64,000 nt of DNA from an uncultured bacterium (GCA_963768305.1 CAVYHE010000003.1:128001-192000), one strand, 5' to 3'. Shown: positions 18,594 through 30,063, numbered from the stretch's first letter. The notes: generated by a model not told the origin, from the sequence alone. Program-made: numbers and translations.

Positions 18594-19460
18594 ATGAAGA
18601 GAATTATTTTGGTCCTGACGGGTTTTTTTGTTCTTTTTGCTCCGTCTTTTGCCGCGGAAAGGAAGCTGGCGTCGTCGTATATCACCGATGGCATGAACGC
18701 ATATGACAGCGGGAATTATATCGAGACGATACTTGATATGCGCTCCGCCGAACAGCTATCTCCTGTTCCGCCGCTCGTATACAAATATCTAGGGATGGCT
18801 TATGGGAAACTTTCATTGTGGCAGCAGGCGGCCGAAGCGCTGAACAATGTTCTTTTCATAAGCCCCGATAACCCCGACAGATCGGAGATCGTCGGGGAAA
18901 TAAGGGACTGGGAGAGCAGGAAGGAATCTACTCCTTTGATGGCTACGTATACATTCTACCGCATCAAATACAAGAACCGTATATGGGCGGAGCCGCAGGA
19001 CCTTCTCAATTATCTGGACCTCGCGGAAATATTCAAATGCAGCGGCAGGTACGAGGAAGCGGAGAATTTTTTTGCGGCGCTTGTTAAGAGCAGGCCGGAG
19101 CTGACCAATTTCAAAGGATATCTTGCCGAAGCGTATTATTTGGACGGGAAATACGGCGAAGCGGGCAATCTTTACAAGAAGATCCTGAAGGAGGAGCCTA
19201 TGAACACCAATGCTGTCATAGGTTATAGCATGGTCCTGAAAAAGCGGTACCAGGACGTTCTTGCGTCCCAACCGGGCGAGATCCTGAATTATATAAAGAT
19301 CGCGAGGGTTTTAAGGGACATGAAAAGGTATGAGGATGCCATATCCGCTTATGAAAAGTATCTCGCAAGTGACAACGGGAATATGGGAGTGAACCGGGAA
19401 CTGGATGAAACAAGGAAACTATTGAATGCGATAAATCCGCAGCCCGTGAAGTCCGATTAA
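18594..19460 (+). CDS. Secreted TPR repeat protein
   Basis: Signal peptide ending SFA; several TPR-like repeats. Confidence 0.8.
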   Translation: MKRIILVLTGFFVLFAPSFAAERKLASSYITDGMNAYDSGNYIETILDMRSAEQLSPVPPLVYKYLGMAYGKLSLWQQAAEALNNVLFISPDNPDRSEIVGEIRDWESRKESTPLMATYTFYRIKYKNRIWAEPQDLLNYLDLAEIFKCSGRYEEAENFFAALVKSRPELTNFKGYLAEAYYLDGKYGEAGNLYKKILKEEPMNTNAVIGYSMVLKKRYQDVLASQPGEILNYIKIARVLRDMKRYEDAISAYEKYLASDNGNMGVNRELDETRKLLNAINPQPVKSD

Positions 19461-20044
19461 ACTTTCAGAGTCGCCCCGAGGAAGATAAATATCCCTATGA
19501 CAATGAACACGATGCCGGTCAGATAGCTGCTCACTCTTTCAGGCAGGAAATTCTTCAGCATGTTGCCTATCAGGAGCCCGAAAAGATTTATGATTATCAG
19601 CCCCAGCGTTGCCCCGAGCCAAACCTGGACTGGAGCACTGTATTTTGCGGCCAGCGCGAACGTCGCAAGCTGAGTTTTATCGCCGATCTCCGCAAGGAAA
19701 AAACTGCCGAAAACGATCCAGAAGGGATCTTTCGACGCGACCGAAGGTTCTTTGCGTTCTTCTTTTCCTTTTTCATGCGGGATGGGAGCGACTATCGTTA
19801 GTCCGTAAATAATGAAGAATGCTCCGGCAAAGATGGATATCAGTATCATCGGGATGAATCTTTGTATTATTTTGCCCAGCAGGACGGCGATAAACATCAG
19901 TACCGCGGCCGCCGAAGAGACCCCGTAAATAACTTTTTCCATCGGGTATTTCACAGCGAATGAAAGGGTGAGCATCTGGGTCTTGTCGCCAAGCTCTGCG
20001 ATACTGATTATTATAAAGGCAGCGATGAACGGGAAGAGATGCAT
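19457..20044 (-). CDS. TMEM165/GDT1 (UPF0016) Mn2+/Ca2+ transporter
   Basis: Two E-x-G-D-K-T-Q motifs (AELGDKTQ, AEIGDKTQ). Confidence 0.93.
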   Translation of the reverse strand: MHLFPFIAAFIIISIAELGDKTQMLTLSFAVKYPMEKVIYGVSSAAAVLMFIAVLLGKIIQRFIPMILISIFAGAFFIIYGLTIVAPIPHEKGKEERKEPSVASKDPFWIVFGSFFLAEIGDKTQLATFALAAKYSAPVQVWLGATLGLIIINLFGLLIGNMLKNFLPERVSSYLTGIVFIVIGIFIFLGATLKV

Positions 20045-20917
20045 TTAGGGGATCACCTTGTTCAGCGGATATTCAACTATTCCGGTAGCGCCAGTCCTTT
20101 TCAGTTTCGGGATAAGGTCCCTGACGATGTTCTCATCGACGATCGTATCCACATCAACCCCGGATTCATCGGACAATTTCGCTATCGTCGGCTTCTGAAG
20201 AGCGGGTAAAATAGAAAGGACGTCCTTCAATTTATTGTTAGGGACGTTCATTTTAAGGCCGACCTTTGTTTCGGCGGCGAGAGCCCCGTTAAGCAACATC
20301 AGAATATTCTCTATCTTGTTCTTTTTCCAGGTATCCTGGGCGGCTTTTTTGTTCGCGATAAAAGTTGTGACAGACTCAAAGACCGTATCGATTATCTTCA
20401 GGTTATTGGCTTTCAAAGAAGAGCCGGTCTCGGTGAGCTCTATTATGGCGTCGGCAAGCTCCGGCGGCTTCGCTTCTGTGGCGCCCCAGGAGAATTCGAC
20501 ATCGGCATTCACTCTGTTCTTTTTGAAATACTTTTTTGAAACACCGACCAGTTCAGTCGCGACTCGTTTGCCATCGCAATCCTGTACGCTCTTAATAGTG
20601 CCATTAACGGGGGCAGCAAGGACCCATTTTACCTTCCTAAGGCCCTGTTTCGCGTAAACGAGTTCGGCTATCTTTTCCACATCGCAGCCGCTTTCCTCTA
20701 CCCAGTCGGAGCCTGTGAGGCCTGCATCCAGCACGCCCTGTTCCACATAGCGTGCCATTTCCTGCGCCCTTATGAGCATTATTTCAAGCTCTTCATCGTC
20801 CACGGAAGGGAAGTAAGAACGCGCGGAAGCCTTCACGTTAAACCCTGCTTTTTTGAGGAGCTCGAACGTGGATTCCTGAAGGCTACCTTTGGGTATTCCG
20901 AGTCTAAGTTTGTTCAT
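20045..20917 (-). CDS. hisG: ATP phosphoribosyltransferase (long form)
   Basis: [25 protein letters not shown]-terminal regulatory domain. Confidence 0.96.
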   Translation of the reverse strand: MNKLRLGIPKGSLQESTFELLKKAGFNVKASARSYFPSVDDEELEIMLIRAQEMARYVEQGVLDAGLTGSDWVEESGCDVEKIAELVYAKQGLRKVKWVLAAPVNGTIKSVQDCDGKRVATELVGVSKKYFKKNRVNADVEFSWGATEAKPPELADAIIELTETGSSLKANNLKIIDTVFESVTTFIANKKAAQDTWKKNKIENILMLLNGALAAETKVGLKMNVPNNKLKDVLSILPALQKPTIAKLSDESGVDVDTIVDENIVRDLIPKLKRTGATGIVEYPLNKVIP

Positions 20918-20926
20918 AATTGTAAA

Positions 20927-20955
20927 ATCATACTAGAAGGGCGAAAGATTGTCAA
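20927..20955 (-). promoter_or_regulatory. Sigma-70 promoter of hisG (TTGACA-N17-TATGAT)
   Basis: Reverse complement of 20927-20955; ATG lies 9 nt downstream with no SD. Confidence 0.7.
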
Positions 20956-20998
20956 ATAACTTGCACTTTTACCATTGATAATGCATAATTCCTGACGC

Positions 20999-22656
20999 AT
21001 GCGGCAGTCAGAATATTTGACCCTAAAAGACCTCTTGAGGAAAAACACTCAAAAATTCGGCGACAGCCTCGCTTATCAGATAAAAATCAATGATGTATAC
21101 GTCAAACATACTTATTCCGAAGTCGGCCGGACCGCGAGAGGGCTGATCTCAAAACTTAAAAGCCTCGGCATCAAAAAAGGCGACAAAGTCGGCATACTCT
21201 CCGAGAACCGCCCTGAATGGCCGATATCATACCTGGCCGTCACAGGTATGGGCGCTATCGCGGTCCCTCTGGATTCACTAGGTACCGAATACGACATTAA
21301 AGGGATCGTTGCCCATTCAGAAGCAAGAGGGGCGATCGTATCCGATAAATTCTTGCCTTTGATAAAAGGCGCTTCAAACCTTGAGTTCATTATTTCAATG
21401 GACAAGGACTTTGACGGTTTGAAAGGACAGCTTCGGACGACCTTGGTTATGATGTAGACAAGGACGATCTCGCGGCGATAGTGTACACATCAGGGACCAC
21501 AGGCATACCGAAGGGCGTCATGCTGACCCACAACAATATAGTTACCAACTTTGTTACGGGCGCCGCGCTGTTCGAGATAGGGCCGACGGACATGGCGCTG
21601 TCCGTTCTCCCGATCCACCATACATTTGAAACGATCGCCGGTTTTCTCGCGATGTTCTACTGCGGCGCAAGGGTGACTTACGCGGAAAGCCTTAAATCGT
21701 TCAAGCTTATCCAGAACATGGTCGACACGGGAACGACCATCCTGATCGGCGTGCCGATGCTTTACCAGCTTTTCTATGACGGGATAATGAGGGAAGTGGA
21801 GGAGAAGGGCCCGGCTTTTAATTTCATATTCAATATCCTGCTCGTGATATCAAGGATATCAAGGACATTGTTCAGGGTCAATATAGGGCGGCTGCTTTTC
21901 AGGCAGGTCCACCAGAAACTCGGCGGCCATTTCCGGTTCTGGGTGAGCGGGGGAGCGGCCATCGATCCGGAGCTTCTCAACAATTTCGATCTGATGGGGA
22001 TGACCATCATCCAGGGATATGGATTGACCGAATCATCGCCCGTGATAGCGGCTAATGACCTTTCTCATAACAAATACGGTTCCGTCGGCAGGCCCATTCC
22101 CGGCGTTTGCGTACAGATCGCTGATAACGGCGAGATCCTTGCGACGGGACCGAACATCATGCAAGGATATTTCAAAATGCCGGATGAATCGAAGAAAGTC
22201 CTGAAGGACGGCTGGCTTTACACCGGCGACGTGGGCCGCCTGGACAAGGACGGATATCTTTATATTACGGGCAGGATCAAGGACGTGATAATCACCAGCT
22301 CCGGCCTTAATGTTTATCCGGATGAAATTGAATTTGAATTGAATAAGCTCCCGTACATAAAGGAATCGTGCGTAATAGGGAGAAAGGTCAAAGCAGGGAT
22401 AAAAAAAGGGTCAGAAGAGGTTTTCGCTGTGGTCTCACCGGACATCGAATATTTCGAGAAACTGGGGTTGTCCATCGAGGAGAATTCCGTCTTCACTGCG
22501 ATCTCAGAAGCCATTGAGAAGCTTAATGACAAGCTGTCGACGTATAAAAGGATATCCGGCATCGAAGTAAGGACGACGGAATTCCCGAAAACATCCACCA
22601 GGAAGATAAAAAGGTTCGAAGTTAGAAAGGAGATGGAAGCGCTATGGCGGAACTAG
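20999..22656 (+). CDS. Long-chain fatty acid-CoA/ACP ligase (frameshift near 21430)
   Basis: SENRPEW in the first ORF; YTSGTTGIPKGV, QGYGLTE and TGDVG in the second. Confidence 0.9.
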
Positions 22657-22889
22657 AGCAGGAAATAAAGTCGATGGTCGCGAAGATCATTAAAAGGGAT
22701 GAATCCGCGATAGACCCCAATGCCAATATTTTCACCGAATACGGGGTGGATTCTCTTCTGGGAGTCGAGATACTTGCCGGGCTGGACAAGAAATACGGCC
22801 TGGACGTGCCGGAGCAACGAATAAGGGAAATTAAGACGCTCAACGATGTGGTCAGGATCGCAAAAGAATTGATCGCGAAAAAAGGTTGA
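22644..22889 (+). CDS. Acyl carrier protein
   Basis: 81 aa, acidic, GVDSL phosphopantetheine site. Confidence 0.9.
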   Translation: MAELEQEIKSMVAKIIKRDESAIDPNANIFTEYGVDSLLGVEILAGLDKKYGLDVPEQRIREIKTLNDVVRIAKELIAKKG

Positions 22890-22890
22890 A

Positions 22891-23625
22891 ATGAGCGGCG
22901 GGACATCCGAATACTGGAGAAAACTTTTAAAGGCTGATGAGGCGCCTCCCGAAAATTACCTGAAAGAATTCAGGTCTCCGCTTGAAATATTACGTCCGAC
23001 ATTCTATTTGATCATAAATTTCCTTTGTAAGTTCTACTGGAGAGTAAAAGTTTCAGGTTTAGCTAATATCCCCGCTGAAACGCCTTATATAATCGCCCCA
23101 AATCATGCGAGCGCGCTGGACCAAACAATGGTGTCTTACGCGATCGGAGGAAAAAGAAGGAATCAGCTGTATACGATCGTGGTGAAGCATTTTTTTGACA
23201 GGCCCGTGGCCAGATTTTTCATGAAGATCGCGACTAATGTCATGAGGATCGATTCGAAAGATGATTTTATGCCGGCGCTCTGCGCCGCACTGAAGGTGCT
23301 CAAGCTTAAAAGATCGATCTATATCAATCCGGAAGGGACAAGATCAATGACCGGCGAACTGCTGCCGTTCAGAGTGGGGGTGGGGATGCTGGCGGCGGAG
23401 ACCGGAGTTCCGATAGTTCCTGTTTTCATCGGCGGGACTTTTGACTGCATGCCTCCTGGAAAATTCTTCCCAAAACCCTGCAAAGTTACCGTGACTTTCG
23501 GCAAGCCGATATACATGGATGAATATGAAAAGAAAAAACAGACAGAAATGGCTTATGATGTTTACAAGGAAGTTACGGATGAATTATTTAAAAGGGTCAG
23601 CTCTCTTAAAGTCGGGAATAAATAG
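22891..23625 (+). CDS. Lysophospholipid acyltransferase (PlsC family)
   Basis: PNHASALD (NHx4D), PEGTRS, VPIVPV. Confidence 0.92.
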   Translation: MSGGTSEYWRKLLKADEAPPENYLKEFRSPLEILRPTFYLIINFLCKFYWRVKVSGLANIPAETPYIIAPNHASALDQTMVSYAIGGKRRNQLYTIVVKHFFDRPVARFFMKIATNVMRIDSKDDFMPALCAALKVLKLKRSIYINPEGTRSMTGELLPFRVGVGMLAAETGVPIVPVFIGGTFDCMPPGKFFPKPCKVTVTFGKPIYMDEYEKKKQTEMAYDVYKEVTDELFKRVSSLKVGNK

Positions 23626-24522
23626 TTCCGAGCTTTCCGCCTCCTGCGTCAGGATATTGTGAAGCCCTGAGTCCAATGCCGCATCCACAGCCTGTCGATA
23701 TTCATCAAAGGTCAATTTTCTTCCGATCTCATTGTCATCGACAGCCTTGTAGCAAGGTTTATACTGGGCCATTATCCCCACATGGACATCTTTTGAAACT
23801 TTGGCAGCAAGGAACTCCATCGATCGCTTGGTGCCGGCCAGATCATTCGGCAAAACAAGGTGCCTAACAAGAAGACCTTTCAAAGCGATGCCGGTCCCGT
23901 CAACTTTTAAATTCGCGACCTGCCTGAACATTTCTTTTATAGCGGCTCGATTAGTTTCAACATAATCTGAAATGCCTGATAGCTTATGAGCCGGACCATT
24001 AGCGCTGTATTTGATATCCGGCAGGTAAATATCGATAATGCCGTTCAATATTTCCATGGTTTCGATATTTTCGTATCCATTAGTATTGTATATTATCGGG
24101 AGCTCAAGACCTTTTTCGGCCGCTCTGATAAGAGCATTGACTATATTAGGCAGATAGTGGGGAGGGGAGACGAGATTGATATTATGGCAGCCTTTTGCCT
24201 GCAGCATCAGCATGATATCAGCTAGTTGATCATCGGTTATCTCATCACCAAGCCCTTCCTGGCTTATCTGGTAATTCTGGCAGTATGAGCATCTAAGAGC
24301 GCAGTTCGAAAAGAATATCGTTCCGGAGCCTTTTGTCCCCGATATCATCGGCTCCTCGCCGAAGTGAGGAGCAGCTGACGCTATCTTGACGATATTCGAT
24401 GAGCGGCATTTACCTTGATGCCCCGATGTCCTGTCGACATTGCATTCCCAAGGGCAGAGCCTACAATTTTGATATGCATCCTTGAACTTTTTTACGGCGA
24501 GTTTTGCAGCTTCGATGTTCAC
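23584..24522 (-). CDS. Radical SAM protein, PflX-like
   Basis: CRLCPWEC, HFGEEP, CALRCSYCQN, HNINLVSP, RHLVLP. Confidence 0.9.
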   Translation of the reverse strand: MNIEAAKLAVKKFKDAYQNCRLCPWECNVDRTSGHQGKCRSSNIVKIASAAPHFGEEPMISGTKGSGTIFFSNCALRCSYCQNYQISQEGLGDEITDDQLADIMLMLQAKGCHNINLVSPPHYLPNIVNALIRAAEKGLELPIIYNTNGYENIETMEILNGIIDIYLPDIKYSANGPAHKLSGISDYVETNRAAIKEMFRQVANLKVDGTGIALKGLLVRHLVLPNDLAGTKRSMEFLAAKVSKDVHVGIMAQYKPCYKAVDDNEIGRKLTFDEYRQAVDAALDSGLHNILTQEAESSELFIPDFKRADPFK

Positions 24523-25640
24523 AGGAATCTCTTGAAGACCTCGTTCGCCAGAAACAGTCCGTTCTCGGTGAGCCTGATATTCTTGCCATTTAATTCTATT
24601 AATCCCTCATCTATAAGTTCCGCAAGCTCTTTTTTATATATTTCGCGCATGCTTATCCCGAATCTATTGGTGAAATCGCCGAGATCGAACCCTTTTATAA
24701 GCCGCAGGCCCAGGAATATCATCTCCTGCATGCTTTCTTTTTTCGTGTTGTGATGTTCGGCCTTTATCGCGGCCATATCTTTCGTCAGATATTTTTCAAG
24801 CGACGGAGCGTTCGCGGTCCTGACATTATCAATGAATGAATGCGCGCCGGCGCCTACGCCGATGTAATTTTGAAGCGTCCAGTAGATCTTGTTGTGCTTG
24901 CATTCAAAGCCGGGCTTTGCGAAATTCGATATTTCATAATGTGTGTAGCCATTATCACCAAGATATTTGATCGCGTATTTATACATTTCCAGCTCTGTTT
25001 CTTCATCCGGGAGATTTTGCCCTCCTTTGAGTTTTTCGGCATGAAGAGGCGTGCCTTCTTCCAGCTGGAGATTATATGTGGATATGTGCTCTGGCTTCAG
25101 TTTAACGGCTTTTTCCAGGGATCTCTGCCAGTCCTTCAGGCTTTCTCCGGGCAGGGCGAAGATTAGATCGATATTGATATTTTTGAATCCCGCTTCCCTT
25201 GCCATATTGAACGCGTCGTTTATTTCATGCTCGTTGTGTATCCTGCCTATTTTTTTCAGGAAAGAATTATTGAATGTCTGCGCTCCCAGGCTGAGCCGGT
25301 TCACTCCCGTGCCGATCAAAATTCCAAGTTTTTCTCTGGTTACTGTCCCGGGATTAGCTTCAATGGTCATCTCGGCCTCATTTTCGATCTCAAAATCGTT
25401 CTTGATCGTCGTGAACAGGTTTGAAAGCTGCTCATCGCTCAATAGGGTGGGGGTGCCGCCTCCCATATACAGGGTCCTGACAGCGGGTCTTTTGTAAAGA
25501 GAATAATAATATTCCAGTTCGAACTTGAGAGCTTCCAGATATTCCGGAATAAATTCGTCTCTTCCGGCGTACGATGGAAAGTCGCAGTACGCGCATTTTT
25601 TCTTGCAGAAGGGAATATGTATATATAATGAATAAGTCAT
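24519..25640 (-). CDS. hemW: Radical SAM heme chaperone HemW
   Basis: LYIHIPFCKKKCAYCDF, GGGTPT, YEISNFA, HNKIYW; follows lepA. Confidence 0.93.
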   Translation of the reverse strand: MTYSLYIHIPFCKKKCAYCDFPSYAGRDEFIPEYLEALKFELEYYYSLYKRPAVRTLYMGGGTPTLLSDEQLSNLFTTIKNDFEIENEAEMTIEANPGTVTREKLGILIGTGVNRLSLGAQTFNNSFLKKIGRIHNEHEINDAFNMAREAGFKNINIDLIFALPGESLKDWQRSLEKAVKLKPEHISTYNLQLEEGTPLHAEKLKGGQNLPDEETELEMYKYAIKYLGDNGYTHYEISNFAKPGFECKHNKIYWTLQNYIGVGAGAHSFIDNVRTANAPSLEKYLTKDMAAIKAEHHNTKKESMQEMIFLGLRLIKGFDLGDFTNRFGISMREIYKKELAELIDEGLIELNGKNIRLTENGLFLANEVFKRFL

Positions 25641-25642
25641 GA

Positions 25643-27427
25643 TTATTTCAGCTTCAGCACCGCCATGAAAGCTTCCTGTGGGATGTCCACTCTTCCAATG
25701 CGCTTCATCCTTTTCTTTCCTTCTTTTTGCTTTTCAAGGAGTTTTCTTTTCCTGGTCACGTCGCCGCCGTAGCATTTTTGAAGGACATTCTTTCTCATTG
25801 CGGGAATGGTCTCCCTTGATATTACGCGGCTGCCTATGGCCGCCTGTATCGGTATCTCGAACTGATGGCGGGGGATGACCTCTTTCAATTTTGCGGTGAG
25901 CGCCTTGCCCTTGTAATAAGCATTATCCTTGTGCGCGATGAACGATAATGAATCTACGGCTTCCTGATTTAAAAGCACATCAACTTTAACCAGGTCGGAT
26001 TCGCGGTATCCTATCAATTCATAATCCATGGAAGCGTATCCTTTTGTGACCGATTTAAGCATATCGAAGAAATCAGTAATGACCTCCCCAAGCGGCATCT
26101 CATATGTCAGCATCACTCGCGTCGGGTCCAGATATTCCATGTTCTTGAAGACGCCTCTTTTGCTCTGGCAGATCTCAAGCACCCCGCCGACGAATTTTTG
26201 CAGGACGAATATGGTTATCTTGAGAAATGGCTCTTCGATCGACTTTACTTCCCCGAGATTAGGCAGCTTTGTCGGACTGTCAATGAATATAGATGTCTTA
26301 TCAAATTTGTTGACCTTGTATACAACGCTTGGCGCGGTGGCGATTATGTCCAGCCCGTATTCCCGCTCTAATCTTTCCTGTATGATCTCAAGGTGGAGCA
26401 ATCCCAAAAATCCGCAGCGGAAACCCAGACCCAGAGCTGACGAAACTTCGGGTTCATAAAAGAGGGAAGCGTCATTCAGCTGAAGTTTTTCTATCGCGTC
26501 GCGGAGCTCGTGGTATTTTTCGGCGGAAACGGGAAAGAATCCGCAGAAGACCATCGGCTTTACAGCTTTATAACCCGGCAGCGGCTTTGATGCCGGATCG
26601 GAAGCATCAGTTATCGTATCTCCTACACGAGTCTGCCGCAGATCCTTCATGTTTGCTATGACATATCCGACTTCGCCGGACGACAGTTCATCTTTCGGAA
26701 TATAATCGATCTTCAGGGTTCCGACTTCCTGGACCTCGAATTCCGCGTCGGTCCCCATCATCCTTATTGTCATGTCTTTTTTTATCTTTCCGTTAAAGAC
26801 GCGGACGTAAACAACGACACCTCTATATGCGTCGTATTTTGAATCGAATATCAGCGCTTGAAGAGGCTCGCTGTTGCTTCCCGTCGGCGGAGGCACTCTG
26901 GCAATTATCGCGTCAAGCAAGTCAGGAATGCCTGTGCCGTCCTTGGCACTCGCGAGAATTATTTCCTCTTCCTTGAATCCGAAGAGATGTTTAAATTCCT
27001 CGATGATCTTTTTCGGCTCAGCGTTGACCATGTCGATCTTGTTCACGACGGGAATAATCTTGAGATTGTTCGCCATTGCAAGGTGCGCGTTCGCGAGTGT
27101 CTGCGCTTCCGCGCCCTGGGTCGCATCGATTATCAAAACAGCGCCTTCGCAGGCAGCTAAAGCTCTTGATACTTCGTAAGTGAAATCCACGTGTCCGGGA
27201 GTGTCGATCAAATTAAGGATGTGGCCCTTGTACTGCATCCTTATCGCCTGGGACTTGATAGTGATGCCTCTTTCGCGTTCCAGGTCCATGGTATCCAGTA
27301 CCTGCGCGCGCATATTTCTTTTTTCGATAGTATGCGTTTCCTCAAGCAGGCGATCGGCGAGGGTGGACTTGCCGTGGTCGATGTGGGCTATTATTGAAAA
27401 ATTCCGAATCTTTGAAATTTCGGTCAC
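25643..27427 (-). CDS. lepA: Elongation factor 4
   Basis: [35 protein letters not shown]. Start placed at GTG 27427, 7 nt after TGC-TAAAAT. Confidence 0.97.
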   Translation of the reverse strand: MTEISKIRNFSIIAHIDHGKSTLADRLLEETHTIEKRNMRAQVLDTMDLERERGITIKSQAIRMQYKGHILNLIDTPGHVDFTYEVSRALAACEGAVLIIDATQGAEAQTLANAHLAMANNLKIIPVVNKIDMVNAEPKKIIEEFKHLFGFKEEEIILASAKDGTGIPDLLDAIIARVPPPTGSNSEPLQALIFDSKYDAYRGVVVYVRVFNGKIKKDMTIRMMGTDAEFEVQEVGTLKIDYIPKDELSSGEVGYVIANMKDLRQTRVGDTITDASDPASKPLPGYKAVKPMVFCGFFPVSAEKYHELRDAIEKLQLNDASLFYEPEVSSALGLGFRCGFLGLLHLEIIQERLEREYGLDIIATAPSVVYKVNKFDKTSIFIDSPTKLPNLGEVKSIEEPFLKITIFVLQKFVGGVLEICQSKRGVFKNMEYLDPTRVMLTYEMPLGEVITDFFDMLKSVTKGYASMDYELIGYRESDLVKVDVLLNQEAVDSLSFIAHKDNAYYKGKALTAKLKEVIPRHQFEIPIQAAIGSRVISRETIPAMRKNVLQKCYGGDVTRKRKLLEKQKEGKKRMKRIGRVDIPQEAFMAVLKLK

Positions 27428-27478
27428 GGTAAGCATTTTAGCATGTCTGAAAAGCACTTGAAAGAGAGGCGCTAAAAG

Positions 27479-27506
27479 TGAAATTTAATTTGAATTGTGA
27501 CGATAA
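27479..27506 (+). promoter_or_regulatory. Sigma-28-like promoter motif, copy 3 (TGAAATTT-N12-GACGATAA)
   Basis: Directly readable; followed by ATATATAGAGGG. Confidence 0.7.
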
Positions 27507-27557
27507 ATATATAGAGGGAATAAAAAGTTTGCAATTAATATCAGGGAGGTTGAGAAA

Positions 27558-28109
27558 ATGAGTTCAATAAGAAAAATTCAGTTTGTTCCGCGGCTTCTTA
27601 CGCCCCGCGGGGAAGGGCGGGCATTTAAAATGAGCGTGGCCACGATCAATGATATTGCCTATCTTTTCAAAAAGAGAGGTTTAATAAATAAATTCTTCGA
27701 CTGCCTGCAAGTCCCTTATCCATCAATAATTAAAGTAGAGTATTATCCTTGCCGTGGCTACGTGAGATTGATTAATCAAACGACCTCTATCTTCATGGAA
27801 CGCATTGCGGGTATAGGCAGTGAGACTACGAGAACTAAAGAAAAGTATTTTTTGAACGTAATATACCCCGTTCTTAATAAATACAATGAGGTCAAGGGTG
27901 AGAATTTAAAAAGTGGCCAGGAATATTCAGAGTTCATTAACGGTACATTGACTCATGTGAACAGAGAGGTTCTTGCAAGCATTCTGACGGCTCTGCCACA
28001 TAGAACGACCCATGTCCACCCCAAAAAACCGGCCCGACCTTTAACTGCTAAGGAGTATTATAGCTGGGGGCCGGAGTGGGGAATACGTCAGTGGCCCCCG
28101 AGAGATTAA
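27558..28109 (+). CDS. Orphan hypothetical protein
   Basis: 183-aa ORF with GGGAGGT RBS; no recognisable domain; appears more AT-rich than its neighbours. Confidence 0.7.
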   Translation: MSSIRKIQFVPRLLTPRGEGRAFKMSVATINDIAYLFKKRGLINKFFDCLQVPYPSIIKVEYYPCRGYVRLINQTTSIFMERIAGIGSETTRTKEKYFLNVIYPVLNKYNEVKGENLKSGQEYSEFINGTLTHVNREVLASILTALPHRTTHVHPKKPARPLTAKEYYSWGPEWGIRQWPPRD

Positions 28110-28154
28110 TGTAACTTCTGGGACTCGCCCGTCCAGCTCCTTTTCCACCTTTCA

Positions 28155-28183
28155 TTGACGCTCCATTCTCCGGTTGATATACT
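28155..28183 (+). promoter_or_regulatory. Sigma-70 promoter TTGACG-N17-TATACT
   Basis: Canonical spacing upstream of the barrel-SLH gene. Confidence 0.7.
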
Positions 28184-28205
28184 GATTTTTGCCGGAGGAT
28201 GATTT

Positions 28206-29874
28206 TTGAAAAAACTCTCGATATTTTTCTTTCTTATCGATCCTAATTTCAATTCCCTCGTTTGCCGCGGTGGACAGTGCCATTGCGGACCCATCCAGCA
28301 TCGGCGTGGGGGCAAGGCCGCTGGCTCTTGGAAGAGCTTATGAGGGACTCTCAGATGACGCGAACGGGCTTTTCATCAATCCCGCCGGCCTTGCCGGCAT
28401 AAGGAATTTTAAGCTTACCAGCATGAGCGGACAGGTAATGGAAGACCTGGATTATGTTGTTATCGGCGGCGCATTTCCCACCGACTACGGTGTTTTCGGG
28501 GTCGGCTACGTCAATGTCGGATCAGGAAGCATTCCCGTAACATCAACAGAGGGCAGCGGGACGACGGAAACGGTTGTAACTGTTGGCGAAACAAGCTACT
28601 ACGCATCGGTTGCCACATTGTCCTACAGCAATGATCTTTCAAGGTTCCCGTTCTTCGTTGGTATGAAGAACTTCACTTACGGGCTCAACCTCAAATATTT
28701 CATGCAGGGCTTATCGGGCGGCGGCTCGGCCACCAAAGGCGCGAATGGGACCGGATGGAATATGGATCTTGGATTGCAATACAAAGCGAACAAGAGTCTG
28801 ATGATAGGCCTCTCTGCGCTGAATTGTCTGCCCGCGTCCGACGGCGGAAAATTCACCTGGGACAAGGATAATGTTGAAGAGGATATCCCGGAGGTCATCA
28901 AAACGGGATTCGCGGCAAAGCTTTTCGGAAAAGATTCATATTACGGAGGCAAGCAGGATGTTTTCTGGGTATTGGATATGGATTTCCCGTCCGACCTGAA
29001 CAGGCAAACCGAATATCATACCGGAGTGGAATGGTGGCCGATATCCGTAATGGCCTTGAGGGCAGGGCTGGACCAACAGCAGAAAGCTGCCGAAGACGTT
29101 AACGGTGTTGACAATAATTTCACGGCCGGCATTGGATTAAAATTCAACGGCTTCACTTTTGATTACTGCTATCATCAGTTTGGCGGGCTCACGGACAATA
29201 TAACGCATTTCTTTTCTATCGGCTATGTCGGGGAGGAACAAAAACCGAAGACCCTCTGGACGCCGAAATCGGGGATAGCGATCGTTGTTCCGAACGTCAG
29301 CCTTGAATCTTTTTCCGATGTTCCCGACGGGTTCTGGGCGAAAAGCCCCATTGAATTCATGGCTACGCTGGGCATCATCAGCGGTGACGCCGACGGCAAA
29401 TTCAGGCCGGATGATCCTGTTACAAGGGCAGAGCTCGCGCAGATGCTGGCCAAACTGAAAGGAATGGAGGTCAGTGACGTTAACATTGACCCGTTCCCGG
29501 ACGTCAAAAAGGATTACTGGGCGGCGAAATATATCAAGGCCGTGTCCGCTGCTAAATATATGAGAACATATCCCGGCGGAGCGTTCAGGCCGGAGAAAGT
29601 TATCTCCAGAGTGGAGGGTACGACCATTCTCACCAGATTTACGGAAGCAACAGCACCTGATTTCATAGATAAAAAGCCTTTTAATGATGTTCCTGTTGAC
29701 CATTGGGCCGCGAAGACGATAACGGCCGCAAGGAATTACGGACTTCTGGATTATCTTATCGGGAGGGATTTTGAACCTTTCAAGGCGCTGACCCGCGCGG
29801 AAGTGGCGGAAATGCTCTCAAAGACCAGTGACGGGCAGGAAAAGATTAAAGATTTTCTTAAGAACGCAGAATAA
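28206..29874 (+). CDS. PorV/FadL-like outer-membrane beta-barrel with three C-terminal SLH domains (frameshift in the signal peptide)
   Basis: GGAGG RBS, TTG start, MKKLSIFF...SFA; GVGARPLALG and INPAGLA (PorV/FadL N-terminal motifs); FSDVP..WA, FRPD..VTRAE, FPDV and FNDVP SLH repeats. Confidence 0.82.
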
Positions 29875-29875
29875 A

Positions 29876-29949
29876 CGCGCCCGAGAGGAATCGAACCTCC
29901 AACCTACTGATTCGTAGTCAGTTACTCTATCCAATTGAGCTACGGGCGC
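29876..29949 (-). tRNA. tRNA-Arg(ACG)
   Basis: Cloverleaf with acceptor GCGCCCG/CGGGCGC, anticodon loop CT-ACG-AA, GTTCGATTC; CCA not encoded. Confidence 0.95.
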
Positions 29950-29960
29950 ATGAACATATT

Positions 29961-30051
29961 CGGAGGGGGTGGGATTCGAACCCACGCTACGTCTTAACGA
30001 CGTACTAACAGTTTAGCAAACTGCCCCCTTGAACCACTTGGGTACCCCTCC
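29961..30051 (-). tRNA. tRNA-Ser(GCT)
   Basis: Acceptor GGAGGGG/CCCCTCC, loop TT-GCT-AA, long variable arm, GTTCGAATC. Confidence 0.95.
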
Positions 30052-30063
30052 AGAGCTACGCTG

